Assembly (NCBI RefSeq): GCF_037042905.1
Contig: NC_087246.1
Span: 26,660,001-26,724,000 of the forward strand
Direction of reading: 5' to 3'
Source: Lytechinus pictus
Taxonomy: Eukaryota
Length of the DNA: 64,000 nt
Within the stretch, counting starts at the first letter, position 1. The number at the start of each line of letters is the position of its first letter. Shown in pieces: positions 1 through 12,797 of the stretch. The position numbers and the translations under genes were made by a program. Below the pieces are notes generated by a model, which saw only the letters and a program-made list of their open reading frames with translations, was not told where the DNA came from and did no database searches.

Positions 1-432
1 ATTGCATAATTCAGTACTTCCGCAGGCTTAATGATCTTTATATTTTTTTCCATATACATCCCTACCATGAACATAATTTAGACTTACAATAGGTGTCTTT
101 AAAAGTATTATCTATACAATCTTTGGTTGTCTTGTTCTTGTTTCTGAGCCAGTGGTGGAGTGAGAAAAAACAAACAAGGGGTTGAGTTTTTTAAGTATAT
201 ACAATGCACTATAACTATTTTTGCGAGTGATCGACGCGAGAGAGCTGGATTAAAAAAAAAATGATTACTTAATTCTGATGTTATAGAATTTATATATAGG
301 CGTATAAAAAAAGTCAGATTGGGAAAACGTGGCAAATATGATCGATTTTAAAAAACACAATCAAATTATTTCCTAACCCTCCATGTTTGTTTGTGATATG
401 GGGGTGGGGTGGGCCGGGGTCAGTCCTTAACT

Positions 433-3260
433 ATTTGAATTTATTTATTACCAAATATATCACTGTCAGGTACAATTACAAGGAATAGTACATCACATAT
501 AAACAAAACATTTGGTAATTGGAGCTAACATAATAGCAAGATGTTAATCGAGGTTAGCCCCAAATAATGTAATTATTATAGTTTAAACAATAATTTTAAC
601 TAAATCTCAATATTGTACATCAAATTCAGTACTAATTCTACTTATTAATGTTGCAGAAATTTCGATCATTTTTAGTGAACATATTTACACTATTTACAAG
701 AAAAAAATATCTTAATTATTCACAAAATCTTTATATAGAATTATTTGTTTTCAGGCAGTATTTTGCCATACCAAATTAATTATAATCTTCCAGCTGCATT
801 AATTTTACCGATTTGCTAAATATCTTGCGACTGGGGGTGTTTCTAATATTACTTGGCAGATGATTTTATAAAGTAGGACCAGAAAATGAAATTGATTGTT
901 TTCCCAAATTGGTATTATTTTTGTCAAGGTTAACATTTCGCTTTTCTCTATTTCTTGTATTGTAAGGATGGTCTATAAATGAAAAATAATCAATAAAACT
1001 ATGCGGCAACCGATTATTGATTAAATCGTGCACAAATACTCCTAATATTGGTATTGTTTGAAAATATCGAGAATATTTAGATCATCAAATAAAGGAGCAG
1101 AGTGATAAGTATGATGGTTGAACGTCATTATTTTAGCTATTCTTAATTGAAGTAATAATATAGGGTTTAGGGTTGTTTTGCACGTCCCACCCCAAACTTC
1201 CATACCATACGTTATATGTGGTAAAATAAATGAGTTGTATTCAATTTTCAATTCTTTTATTTCATTTCCATTCAAAACATAATACAAAGTAATATAAAGT
1301 AATACAAATCAAGTACAAATTTACAGAATATGTATAACATAACTAAGATTCTCTTTGTTACATAATTCCTCAATATATAAAGTATTCCAATTTTTTTGCT
1401 TAGCACATTGCATACAATGTCAACCTGTTTCTTCCATGTAAGGTTTTTGTCGATACATATACCAAGAAATAATGTTGATTTCACACACTCTAGAGTTCCC
1501 TTCAGTGACATTGTCCTGATATTAAAACATTTTTCGTCTATTTTCAAACAACATATATTTAGTTTTCGTAACATTGATTGTCAAATTGCTGGCATTGCAC
1601 CATGCTATTATATTGTTTAAATTGAGACTAATTTCTGATAAATCAATATGTTGTTCATCACAATTGAAAGTATGAAATAAATTTGAGTCATCCGCAAAAA
1701 GACGGAAATTGAAATAATTTGATGAGTTTGCCAGATCGTTTATATACAACAAGAACAAAGTTGGACCCAAAACTTATCCTTGTGGAATACCGCATGAAAT
1801 CGACCTGTATTTGGAATTTGCACCATCATAATTAACAAATTGCTTTCTGTTTCGTAAATAACCATTAAACCATTTTACTGCTTTACCACGAATGCCATAG
1901 TGTTCTAGTTTCTTAATGAAAATAGAATGATTAATCGTATCAAAAGCTTTAGCAAACTCGATGAATATTCCTACTGTCACCTTTCCTTCATCAGGATATC
2001 TTGTAATTTGATTACTCAGATTTATCAGTGAAAGTTTCGTACTGTATCCTTTTCTAAAACCATATTGGTGTTTATACAATATTTCATTCTTTTCTATGAA
2101 TTTCATCAATCGTGCATTCACTAATTTTTCAAATATTTTGCTAATCGCGGGTAAAATCGATATTGGTCTATAATTTCCAGGTAATTCTTTATCTCCCTTT
2201 TTGAAAACTGGTGTAACTCTTGCAACTTTTAATTTATCTTGAAAAATGCCTGTGGTAAATGATAGATTGAATAAATGCGATAGAGGTTTGCAAATACAAT
2301 TCATATAGCATATATCAACAGTCGAACTGATATGTCATCATGGTCACTTACTTTAGATTGATCAAGAGTGTATAACATTTCTTTAACTCCTGAACTTGTT
2401 ATTGGCAGGAAGAAAAATGTTTGAATAATGTATTGACCCATGAACTCTCGGTAATTAACATTTGGCTCCTCAATTTTCTCAGCTAGATTTTCCCAATAGT
2501 AGAGAAATAATTGTTGAGTGAATTTACTATATCAACAGATGAAGTAATTTCGGAAGGTTCATTTTCTTGGTTAACAACTAATTTGTTAATTTTTTAATTC
2601 AGATTCGATCCACTATTTTTATTCAAAAGTTCATTGATATGACTCCAAGTTTTCTTTTAATCTTTTTTGTCTGCTTCAAACTTATGTTCACAATGCATTT
2701 GCTTTGCTTTCCTTTAGACGGTTTTTAACTGATTTCTGTATTTTTTATATTTATTCAAACAATCTTTATTATAATTTGATTTTATAACTTGAGAAAAAAG
2801 TTTGTGCTTTGTCGATATTGAACGCTTAATACATCATGTTATCCAGGGTTTATTTTTCTTTTTCTGTTTAACACATTTTGTCTCAATAGGAGCATGTTTA
2901 TTACAAACAAATAAGAACTGTCTTTGGAAAATATTATAAGCATCATTAGGCTCATACATTCTAAAACGCTTTTCCAAAAATCAGTAGTAACATGTAGATC
3001 ATTACAAAATGAATCGATTGAAAAGTTATGAAAGTTTCTCCGTGTTACACTATTTTTTCTTTGTTTAACACACTTGAAGTTCTTAAAAACGGAGTAAACT
3101 GGGAGATGGTCAGAAATATCTACTTCAATACACCCTGCTTGAATAGGATAAGCATATATATTCATTAGAACTTGTTATTCTTCATGTACTGTTCTTGTTG
3201 GACTTGTTATCAACTGACGTAAGCCATAACATTCTGTCATGCGAATAAAATCACGACATC
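433..3260 (-). mobile_element. Decayed, 5'-truncated non-LTR retrotransposon (L2/Crack/CR1 group), endonuclease C-terminus plus RT pseudogene
   Basis: Frameshifted ORF pieces 2839-3165 (DISDHLPV, APE C-terminus), 1774-2304 (NYRPISILP, QYGFRKG, AKAFDTINH, GIPQG), 1522-1770 (GPTLFLLYINDL, FADDS), 1272-1574 (FLGICIDKNLTW) and 1042-1287 (PHITYGMEVWG). AATAAA-rich tail near 435-450. Ends approximate. Confidence 0.9.
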
Positions 3261-3299
3261 AGTGCATGGTGCTCCGAGGTCTTTCCTCATTGTTTTCCT

Positions 3300-3828
3300 C
3301 GGTTACACTTCGTAATTCCGAAGGTTCTTTTTTCCGAAGGTTCGTAATTCCGAAACACGCAAATTGCCTATACCTCGATGTTCGTTAATCCGAAAACGTA
3401 AAAGGGTTCGTTAATCCGAACATTTGTGGCGTTATTCCGAAGGTTCGTTATTCCGAAGGTTCGATAATCCGAAAACGAAATAAGGTTCGATGTTCCAAAG
3501 GTTCGTTAATACAAAATAAGGTTCGTTGTTCCGAAGGTTCGTTAATCCGAAAACGAAATAAGGTTCGTTGTTCCGAAGGTTTGTTAGTCCGAAAACGAAA
3601 TAAGGTTTAGTTAATCATTTAGTTTTCGGACTAACGAACCTTCGGAATTACGAACCTCATTTCTTTTTCGGATTAACGAACCTTCGGAATTACGAACCAC
3701 ATTTCGTTTTCGGACTAACGAACCTTTGGAATTACGAACCTTCGGAAATACGAACCTTCGGAATAACGAACCTTCGGAATATACGAACCTTCGGAATAAC
3801 GAAGCTTCGGAATTACGAATGTATGCGG
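3300..3828. repeat. Palindromic element built from short tandem repeats (MITE-like)
   Basis: Left half has many TTCCGAAGGTTCGTTA(A)-type units. Right half has the same unit inverted (TAACGAACCTTCGGAA). The outer ends CTTCGTAATTCCGAAG and CTTCGGAATTACGAA are inverted copies. Confidence 0.8.
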
Positions 3829-3971
3829 TTTTGGTTGATAAATGTCTTCTATGATGTAAAATATAAAGATGATAACAAATAGACCTACTTCCCAAATTAT
3901 CTGATCCTGATGACATTAATATACGGATGACAAGGTCAAGGTCACAACCATGGTCTTTTGTTGGGAAGATC

Positions 3972-4286
3972 CTGGGCCCTGGGAACGATTTTTTGAGTGA
4001 GGATGCTGAAAATCGAAGTCAAATTGGTCCCGAGCTATTTGATAAGGGGGGGGGGAGGTTTTCACCTTCAAAATGGAGGTCTAATTAGTCCTGGGAAATT
4101 TGAAAGCCCTCCTCTAAAAATAGTGATTCATTACAAAATCAAGGTCATTTTGGTTACATTTTTACATTTTACACATTTTCAAGAATTTAGGGGTGCTGCC
4201 TATATGCACAATACAATACACGCAGCACCCCAAGGAAATTTTGGGGTGCTTCATCACCCCCAGCACCCCCGCTTCCCAGGGCCATG
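3972..4286. mobile_element. hAT-like MITE
   Basis: Imperfect TIRs CTGGGCCCTGGGAA / TTCCCAGGGCCATG flanked by an 8-bp near-TSD GGAAGATC / GAAAGATC. Confidence 0.6.
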
Positions 4287-4367
4287 GAAAGATCTTCAAT
4301 CAAAGACATGCATAGTACGGTATACAAAACACTAAGCTTATGAATATCTCGTATTTTCTCATAATAG

Positions 4368-4463
4368 ATGATGCAGATCCTCCTGTGATTGGTAAACTGA
4401 TTCTCCTGGAAGATGAAGAATTGGGAGGCGTCAAAACTATTTTTCTTTTCAATACAACATTAG
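4368..4463 (+). CDS. ML-domain (MD-2/NPC2/PG-PI transfer-like) protein, internal exon; 5' exon(s) not located
   Basis: AG/GT bounded, 96 nt, phase 1-1; DDADPPVIGKLILLEDEELGGVKTIFLFNTTL; splices in frame to the next three exons. Confidence 0.6.
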
Positions 4464-5210
4464 GTAGGTTCAAAATTTGGAAATTAAATAGTTCATTGAA
4501 GACATAGAATTCAATCAGTTAAGACAAATATATACGTAACAATTAAAGAAAATGTCCCAAACTATTTCTTGAGTATAGGCCTCCAATTCGTTTCATTTGT
4601 TCTTCTGTGTTAAAATCTGGAATACGCTGTATTTGCGTCCCTTTATTTTTATGTTGATATATGTTTACAACGTTAGCGTCAAATCGGATTTACTTTCGTA
4701 TAATGTGATAAAGAAATAGATATTAATCTTAATTTATTTGAATTTGCGCTCCTATGATAATAATGCGAACGATCTTAGAAAGTTAGTGTATTGTTTATGG
4801 GAATCAAAGAAATGTTCCTTAAACTATCAATTAACATAATACGAATCCATGTAATCTCGACCAAGTAAATGTTTTATAATGTTAAGTGCAATCAGAAGAA
4901 GTGAACTTTATATAGATTGCTGTATGTGAATTACAACTTTCGGTACTCTTTGAAATTATTTTGATTTGATTTGATTTAATTTTTATCTATTGTTTCACAT
5001 TGCACAAAAAACATACATCCTGAGCAAATAATAACATAATGACATTACTTACATTAACTGTTTTACAAAGTTGTAGAATTACTTAAAATTAACTGTTTTA
5101 CAAGGTAATAGAATGACATGAAAATTCTATTAGAAATCAAAGGTTGTAAACGTAATTATGCGATAGATTTGAATTGATTTTTTATAAAATTATGTTTCTA
5201 TTCTTGACAG

Positions 5211-5339
5211 ATATAGACGTGTTAATTGGAAAGGTTGAGATTAGCATTGATTATAATGATATGCATTTCTATGAGAAAACATTTAATCTGGAGGACCTAG
5301 AAGAACAAGGCGATTTCTTCAAGGCACCAATAGTAAAAG
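5211..5339 (+). CDS. ML-domain protein, internal exon
   Basis: ttgacag|...AAAG|gtattt, 129 nt; DIDVLIGKVEISIDYNDMHFYEKTFNLEDLEEQGDFFKAPIVKG. Confidence 0.65.
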
Positions 5340-6253
5340 GTATTTATCTCATTAAAAAACTCTGATCCAGTTCCTTAAACAAGTTAAAGGGAAATAAAGC
5401 ATTTGAAATATGTTAGCTTGTGCGAATAAAAGAACAATCAAAGACTGAATAAGATCAATGAAAATTTGAGAGAAAACGAATTTAAACCAAAAGTTGATTG
5501 GATTTAGCAAAAATTTGATTGATAAATTTTATTTCTCAGGAAATAAAAAACAATACAAAATAAATACACGTCAATAATCAAACGTTAGAAATTTAATTAA
5601 TGACATAACATACGAGTGTATGTATGTGAAATTAATTAATTAGGAAAATATGAGAAATATTGGGGAAAACACCGAAAACTATATACATGTGCAAAGAGCT
5701 TGGAAAGGGATTTCCCCAGTATATACGTCGAAATTAGCATTGAATGTCGAAAACGCTTTCACTGATGTGCTTCTTTGAATCTCAAATTAAACTTGATTTT
5801 TAAGGATTTCATTCTTCTTTATAATGAGTTAAGATCATTATTATTTTACTCCTTTTTTAATAATGGATGTGTTATTTTGCGATGATGATTGTCGATTTTT
5901 ATCATAAATTCATAATTCTTTTCAAAAGCAGAGTGGATTTCAACCGTTTTTAAACAATAATTTTTACTTTTCATATTGGAGTGATTTCATCATTAAGAGA
6001 ACTATTGTGGTTTCTTTAAAAAATGGCGCCCGTTTTTAAATCACTGACAATTATGGTAACTTTATATGACAACTGCCATGGACCATGGTAACAGGGCTCA
6101 GCAGCCAATCACAATCATGGTTTCACTGGCTGGTAGTTGCAATAATTAAAATTCACCTAAACTGCTATCAGACCTGATCAGCAGATGCAACATTTTATAA
6201 TTGATTTTTATGTCACATCGATCCTTAATCTCTTTTGTTTCATTTCTTTGCAG

Positions 6254-6303
6254 GTGATCACTATTTTGTACGTGAAAAACATATATCAAGATTTGTTCCA
6301 AAA
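6254..6303 (+). CDS. ML-domain protein, internal exon
   Basis: ttgcag|...AAA|gtgagt, 50 nt; DHYFVREKHISRFVPK. Confidence 0.65.
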
Positions 6304-6734
6304 GTGAGTATACCCCTTAGTTCTCAATTGTGAAAATTATTTCATTTCAACGATGCTACTTTTATTATGATTTGACTATATAGCAAAGAATACCGGGTAT
6401 AGCCTCCTTAAGTCTGTAGAACTAAATTCATATTTAAGATTTAGGATAAAATCAACAGATCTTTATACCTCAGAACTCACAAAACAAAACGATGGTTGTG
6501 AATGCGAATAGGTAATTAAAAAGTTTAATTTGTATTCAGTATATTCTTCCCAACAACGAATTGTATTTTTGCTCCATTTTGAATTGTGGGGTCAGAGATG
6601 TAATCATTCCACTGGATTAATTCTTCTCTGTTTTGTTATTATTCCAGTGTTAAATGTTCATCGCAATGTTTTTATAGTAATAGTTCTCTATTTTTTTGTT
6701 ATTTGAATATATTTTTACTTTGATTTTTTTTTAG

Positions 6735-6818
6735 GGCCATTACTACGGGGAAGCGAGAATGACTGATCAAAATGAAAGAGTAATTATATGTTCAACAATG
6801 AATCTACATATGAAATGA
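6735..6818 (+). CDS. ML-domain protein, terminal exon
   Basis: ttttag|GHYYGEARMTDQNERVIICSTMNLHMK*. The P.G.Y....+TDQN...I.C pattern matches the C-terminal strands of ML domains. Confidence 0.65.
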   Translation, partial: GHYYGEARMTDQNERVIICSTMNLHMK

Positions 6819-8984
6819 CGAATGTTCAGTCATGTAAACTTGTTTCGAATGAGAGATATATACGAAAAAAAAAGACGTCGGGCGTCTTCATTTTACGGCG
6901 ATACCGATTACGACGTCGATGATGATGTCGACGGCGATAATGTCGTGCAATATTAAACTTCAATGGAAGCATTTGCATTTCTCCACATACCATATGTCAA
7001 TATGGATGTCATACCAGTGGCGTATCTATAAGGGGGTGCATGGGGCGGCCCCCTGGAGGAAAAATAATTGGAAACATGGTATTACCATGCTTCATCTGAT
7101 GTAGTCAGAGGGGGAGGGGGTGGGGTGATTGGAATGAAGTTGTTTTTGTTTTGCTTGCTTGTTAAAATAAATTGGAAGAAAAAAATGACCCCGTTTTGAC
7201 CATTTCCTATATTAAATCCTGAATATACCGTGTCAAACTACAGGTTTTTGGAAGTCATATATTTTACGTTGTGCCTTACCTGAGTTATTTAACTGCTTTG
7301 TAATTTTTCCCATGCACTTTCAGAAAACCCCAAGTCCTTCAGTTGATTAGTATAGCCTATACAACTGTTGATTAAAAAGAACAAAATTGCAACTGCAGAT
7401 ATTTTTCTTATTCAATAAAGGTTAATTAACTTCGTGAAAAAGTTCCCCGAGAGTTCTTGTGGGATTTAAACTAAAAACTAGAAATCCTCTTCAGTGATGT
7501 AAAAAAAGGTCCTTTGATGTACTAGTATTCCTCGCTTCAGACGCACAAAGCATTGTCAGAAAGATAGGTATCCTCCCATCCTCACTATCTTGCTATCATC
7601 TTTATTTATATTTTGCTGTTTTGTTAGCTAGACGATGTAACCATGCGGTTCATGTTATTGATGGAATAATTCAATTTTTTGATAATGTTCTTTCTTATAT
7701 TGATAACTGAATATAAGGTGATCATTACACTGTACTAGCATTACTTCGGTGAATCAATATTGCAAGATTGTGAAAATGTTTGTGTGAAGCCATCACACTT
7801 GTCTATATTTTCCATTATCTTTTAGTCTTACACAGGGTTTAAACGTAATCAGGTATAACCTTTGTACCCCAAAGATGTGCCTCTTCTGATGGCATCTAGC
7901 TCTGATTAAACAGACATCTTTGACTAAATTAGGTTATCTAGTTATGCGCTATTAAGTGGTTATCATTGTTTTATCGTGTCACGCCATGCGACCTTTAACA
8001 CGAGCTACCTCTGTACATTGTAATTGGTATATGTTTTGTGCTTTAACATCTTTGAATATAATTGTTAGATAATTTTATTTTTGTAGATGAGTTATTACTA
8101 CAATTCGATTATCATAGTGCATTGGTGATATCGTTTTGTAATATTTGTTAATTTTTTTCATCTTGTTATCATTCTATTGACGAGTGGAAGCCATGCGCGA
8201 CCCCCAAAACACGTAAAAAGGATGTCTTTTTCAAAAGAGGGCACGTTACATACGTAACGTAATAAGGGTGTCAAAAACCAAATAATGAAAAAAAGGGTAT
8301 TCATTTCACTGGGAAAGCTACGTGTTTAGGGTCAAATTTGCGAGGGTATAAAAAAGACTAAAAATGTTTTACAAAGGATGTAGGTGTGGGAGGTGGGGCC
8401 GTACTTTAAACCGACGTCCGTGACATATAACAAGTAAATTAAATATCGCTGTACTTGTTTAGGGGTTCAATTCAGGGAATACCATCCAAGGGTATCGTTT
8501 TGTTTCCACTACTTGTTAAGGGTAGGGTTTCACGTGCCAATACTTGTTAAAGGGTGCATTTTTAGAATTTGGAAAATACTTGTATAGGGTGCTTTTCGAG
8601 ACCCCATGGTCGCGCATGGTATCCCCTCGTCAATGGAAGTGGCCCCCAGGGATTTCCCCCTCCTCTTTCTTCTTCTCCTCCTCCTTCTTCTTCCTTTCTT
8701 CTTAATTCTTCTTCTTGAAGCCCTCGTTTACTGAAGATGTATATGAATGTCGTATACGATATGTATTATGTGCCAATAAGAAAAATAAAATCATATCAAT
8801 ATTTTTGCATCATTTTTTTTTCATAAAAGCGCTACTTAGTCGGTGTATCTATCCATGATTTTTGTTGTTGCCAATTTTGCCTGTACCTGACCAAAGATAT
8901 TTTTTTTCAAATTAAAATCAAATTGAGTTTTCGTATAGTTGTTCACTCTGCCCATTTACTTCGTCTCAAACTAACTTGTGTGTA

Positions 8985-9015
<31 letters not shown>

Positions 9016-9562
9016 GGGGGGGGGGGCAATAGGTAAGAAATTGCATGGGTTAAGACCTGCAATTCAAGAATGGCAAAATTTAGTCATGCACTGATTTAAA
9101 TCATGTGAATGGGAACACGTCGGATTAATAGAGTCTAGCCTAGATGAAATTGAAACAACAGACACACGGGGGGGGGGGGATTCGGCACCCGCTAATCGTT
9201 CATGCTTTAGTATGCTCTATAATAACAGTGTGTTGATAAAGCTGTATTTTTGTGGTTTTACATGCCAGGGATAGCCAGAAAGGAATCACATAAAACCCTT
9301 GATTGGTTTCTATTGTCACTACTGGCTTCCATATTTTCATGTATGATCTATCGGTTGTAATAACCCATAGACCCTAAAGTTTTTTTTGGTATTTTTTTTA
9401 AGTACAATAAATTTTCTTTGAAATGATTTAATTAAGGGAAAACATATTCCGTCCTCTTCCACGTCAAAAATTTGCTTACAAATATTAAAGTACGAGGATT
9501 AAATACAGGGTATTATCTACTCAAATTTGAACAGGTATGTTTTATCATTGGGCATATTTATA

Positions 9563-9794
9563 CACTCTAAATTACAGGGATTTAAAACAAGTCCACATGG
9601 ACTGTAGTTAGGGACCAATCGAATTCCGGATTTAGTTTGAATCCTTAAGATTCATTTTTAAATCTCGAAAGATTTAAATTTAAATCATTTGAGATTTAAA
9701 TTTAAGTCGTTAGGATTAAAACTAAATTCAGAAATCGATTGGTCCCTAGCTACAGTCCATCTGGACTTATTTTAAATCCCTGTAATTTAGAGTG
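9563..9794. mobile_element. Palindromic MITE with CACT ends, flanked by TA
   Basis: About 60-bp TIRs CACTCTAAATTACAGGGATTTAAAA... / ...TTTTAAATCCCTGTAATTTAGAGTG. Confidence 0.75.
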
Positions 9795-10545
9795 TATAAA
9801 AGAGGGAATGATTTCTTGTCAAAGTGACAAGACTCTTGTCACAGGAGAATCTGTTTATTTGAACAAGGATCTTTTAATATTTGTGTGTGTAATGTCGTAA
9901 TGTTAATCACTAATTTCGATGTTCTTTTGTATGAATAAGCAATCTATGCTGACCAAAATGTCTGTGATACCGTTTCTATGATAAACACTATGCAAAATAT
10001 TAAATTGATTCCATTTTGTTCTTCTTTCGTGATATTTCTATAAAATAGTAGAATAAAAAAGGTTTAATTGTTAAAAGTGTACTGTCACAATAACAAGTTT
10101 GAACTTTTGAAATCGAATGTTCATAGAAAGGTGGGGCATTTTCAAAAGTGTTTGGGGGCATATTTATGGGTATAATAGATAATTAGCCTATCAAACAATA
10201 ATTAATGTTCGTGTGTGTCTTAAGTGCTGAATAAAAAAAATCATTCACCTAAAAAAAAAATCATTCATATATATATATATATATATCACGATAAAAATGG
10301 GGATGATACAGCTATAAAGGTAAATTTGGGTGAAACATTGAGAGAAACAGCTTTTCATATTATGTCATACTTGCCCCGCCCGGGAACTGGGTCCGTTGGT
10401 GGCTGGTGCGCGTTCAGGGTGAAAAATGACCCGAAATATGGTCCGATATGACTCAGATAATTATGTTTACATCAGACCATATTCTGATTCATTTTATTCA
10501 GGATTTTCTCGAGTGAAGGAGGCGCCATTTTACTTTTATTCTTAA

Positions 10546-11141
10546 AGGACAAGTCCACCCCAACAAAAAGTTGATTTGAATGAAAAGAGAAAAATCCAAC
10601 AATCATAACACTGAAAATTTCATCAGAATTGGACGTAAAATAAGAAAGTTATGACACTTTAAATTTTTCCTCAATTTCACAAAACAGTAATTACATGCAC
10701 ATCCTGGTGAGTATGCAAATGAGGAGACTGATGACGTCATCCACTCACTATTTCTTTTGTATTTTGTTATATGAAATAGGGAATATTCTATTTTCTCCTC
10801 ATTGTCAAGTGAAACAACGATTAATTTCTCTCTGAACATGTGGAATGAGTATTGTTTAATACTATATGATTCAGTCAAGTTGGTCCTTATTGTCAGATCT
10901 ATAAAAAATGAAATATTGTATAATTCAAACAATAAAACAAAAGAAATAGTGAGTGAGGGACATCATCGACTGTCTAATTTGAGTTGTGCATAAATCACTG
11001 TTTTGTGAAAAATAAGCACAAATTTCGAGTGTCATAACTTTCTTATTTTACATCTGATTTTGATGAATTTTTCAGCGTTTTGCTAGTTTGATTTTTTCTC
11101 TATTTATTCAAATCAACATTTTTCTGGGGTGGACTTGACCT
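10546..11141. mobile_element. Kolobok-like MITE family A, copy 1 (TTAA TSD)
   Basis: TTAA|AGGACAAGTCCACCCC ... GGGGTGGACTTGACCT|TTAA; long imperfect TIRs; three further copies in the window. Confidence 0.85.
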
Positions 11142-12309
11142 TTAAACGGGACACTCTAATCATGTTTTGTAAATCCCGGTGTAAATCATGAAAAGGATGA
11201 GTAATTCGGTATCTTCCTATATTGATAATGCGAGCGCGAAGCCTGAGCAGATTTTTTTTATGTATTCTGAGCTGAAACTAGATAATTTACGTACGTTTTA
11301 AATAAAGAAGCTGCGTATCTCAATAAACATGATCTGTTCATTCTAAATACATTTCTTTTATTATGAAAATCAATAATGCGAGAATGAAGCGCGAACTTAA
11401 AAAACGATACTTCGATCTGAAAGAGTCAATTCAAGCACTACTTCAAGCACTGTGTACAGGTGTAGAGAAATTATGAAGTGGATAAAGATCTCAGATAAGA
11501 AATGATGCGAGCTCGAAGCTTTATTATTTTGACCGAGACATATATTTTGTCATCATCTAAAAATAATGGCTATATCTCTTCCTAAGTGCTATATGAAATT
11601 GTAGATATTTCATTCCGAAAAAAGGACAATTTGATTATTAGGAATTCATGAAAATTTAATCTTATTTATTAATCTAATCAGCCTATAACGAGAGCGCGCG
11701 AAATTTTAAGCACTTTTGTCATTATGAATAGAATGTGAGCGCTAATCGAGAGCCGAAATATTTTTTGAATTGCCATGAAAAGGGGATTTTCAGTAGTTTG
11801 TTAGAATTCATATATATTTTTTTAATTGCCATTAAAAGGGGATTTCCAGTAGTTTGTTTGAATTCATCCTATTCAAGTCTGGTTGTCAAAACGTATATCA
11901 GCTGGCGCATGTTAATCAATCGGTGAGTTATGTATAATAACTCACCAATCAAAATGCGAGCGCGCAGCGCTTGCTGATGCGTTTTTACAATCAGACCTGA
12001 AAAGGGATTTTTGAGAACTTTATGGAAAACAAGGAGAGAATTTCAATAGGTACTAACTTGACATATCAAATATTGCGAGCGCATGGCGCGAGCTGAAAAT
12101 GGTAATATTCAGACCATAAAACAGACATTTTACAGAGCACTTATTAGAAATCAATTTCTAAATCAAACAAATCAGCAAATCAGAGAATTTAATTGAAATC
12201 CAAAACACAGAGGGAGGGATATTCCATGGTCTCAACATAAGGCACAATAATTTATTAATACCTGTACATACAAAATATATAACAAAAAGGTGTATTTATA
12301 ACTCATACC

Positions 12310-12797
12310 TTAAAGTTCACCCTGACAAAAACTTTATTGTAAAAATAGCAGAAAAAATAATATGAAATATTACCAAAAGTTACAGGAAAATCCATCAAAG
12401 AATAAAAAAGTTATTAGAATTTCAATTATTTGATTTGTGACGTCATATACGAGCAGCTTTCCTAAATATGATCGTATGGTAAAAAAATCAATGAAATGTC
12501 ATTTTCTCAGAAAAGTGAAAATGGTTTTTATGGTACCTTCAGTATATCTTTACACAAATCATTTCACACACACTCCTAAAAAGAAAATAAAAAACAAGAC
12601 GTCACAAACCATTGAAAAATGAAATTTATGCATTAATACTTAACACATGGGGCAGCTGCTTGTTTGACGTCACACATCAAAAATGTCATATTCTTATTGC
12701 TTTCTTCATATTTAAAGGATTTTCCTCAAACCATCACCTTTATTTTTTTCTGCTATTTTTACAACAAACTTTTGGTCAGGGTAAACTTCCCCTTTAA
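12310..12797. mobile_element. Related TTAA-flanked MITE
   Basis: TTAAAGTTCACCCTGAC ... GTCAGGGTAAACTTCCCCTTTAA imperfect TIRs. Confidence 0.6.

Noticed and set aside
3300-3828. CRISPR-like look of the short repeats
   Set aside because: No unique spacers, the orientation flips mid-array, the context is eukaryotic and there are no cas genes.
10603-10993. Short ORFs with shared CHNFLIL..ILMKFS peptides (also 17373-17579 and 39689-39877)
   Set aside because: These are chance frames within copies of the same non-coding MITE.
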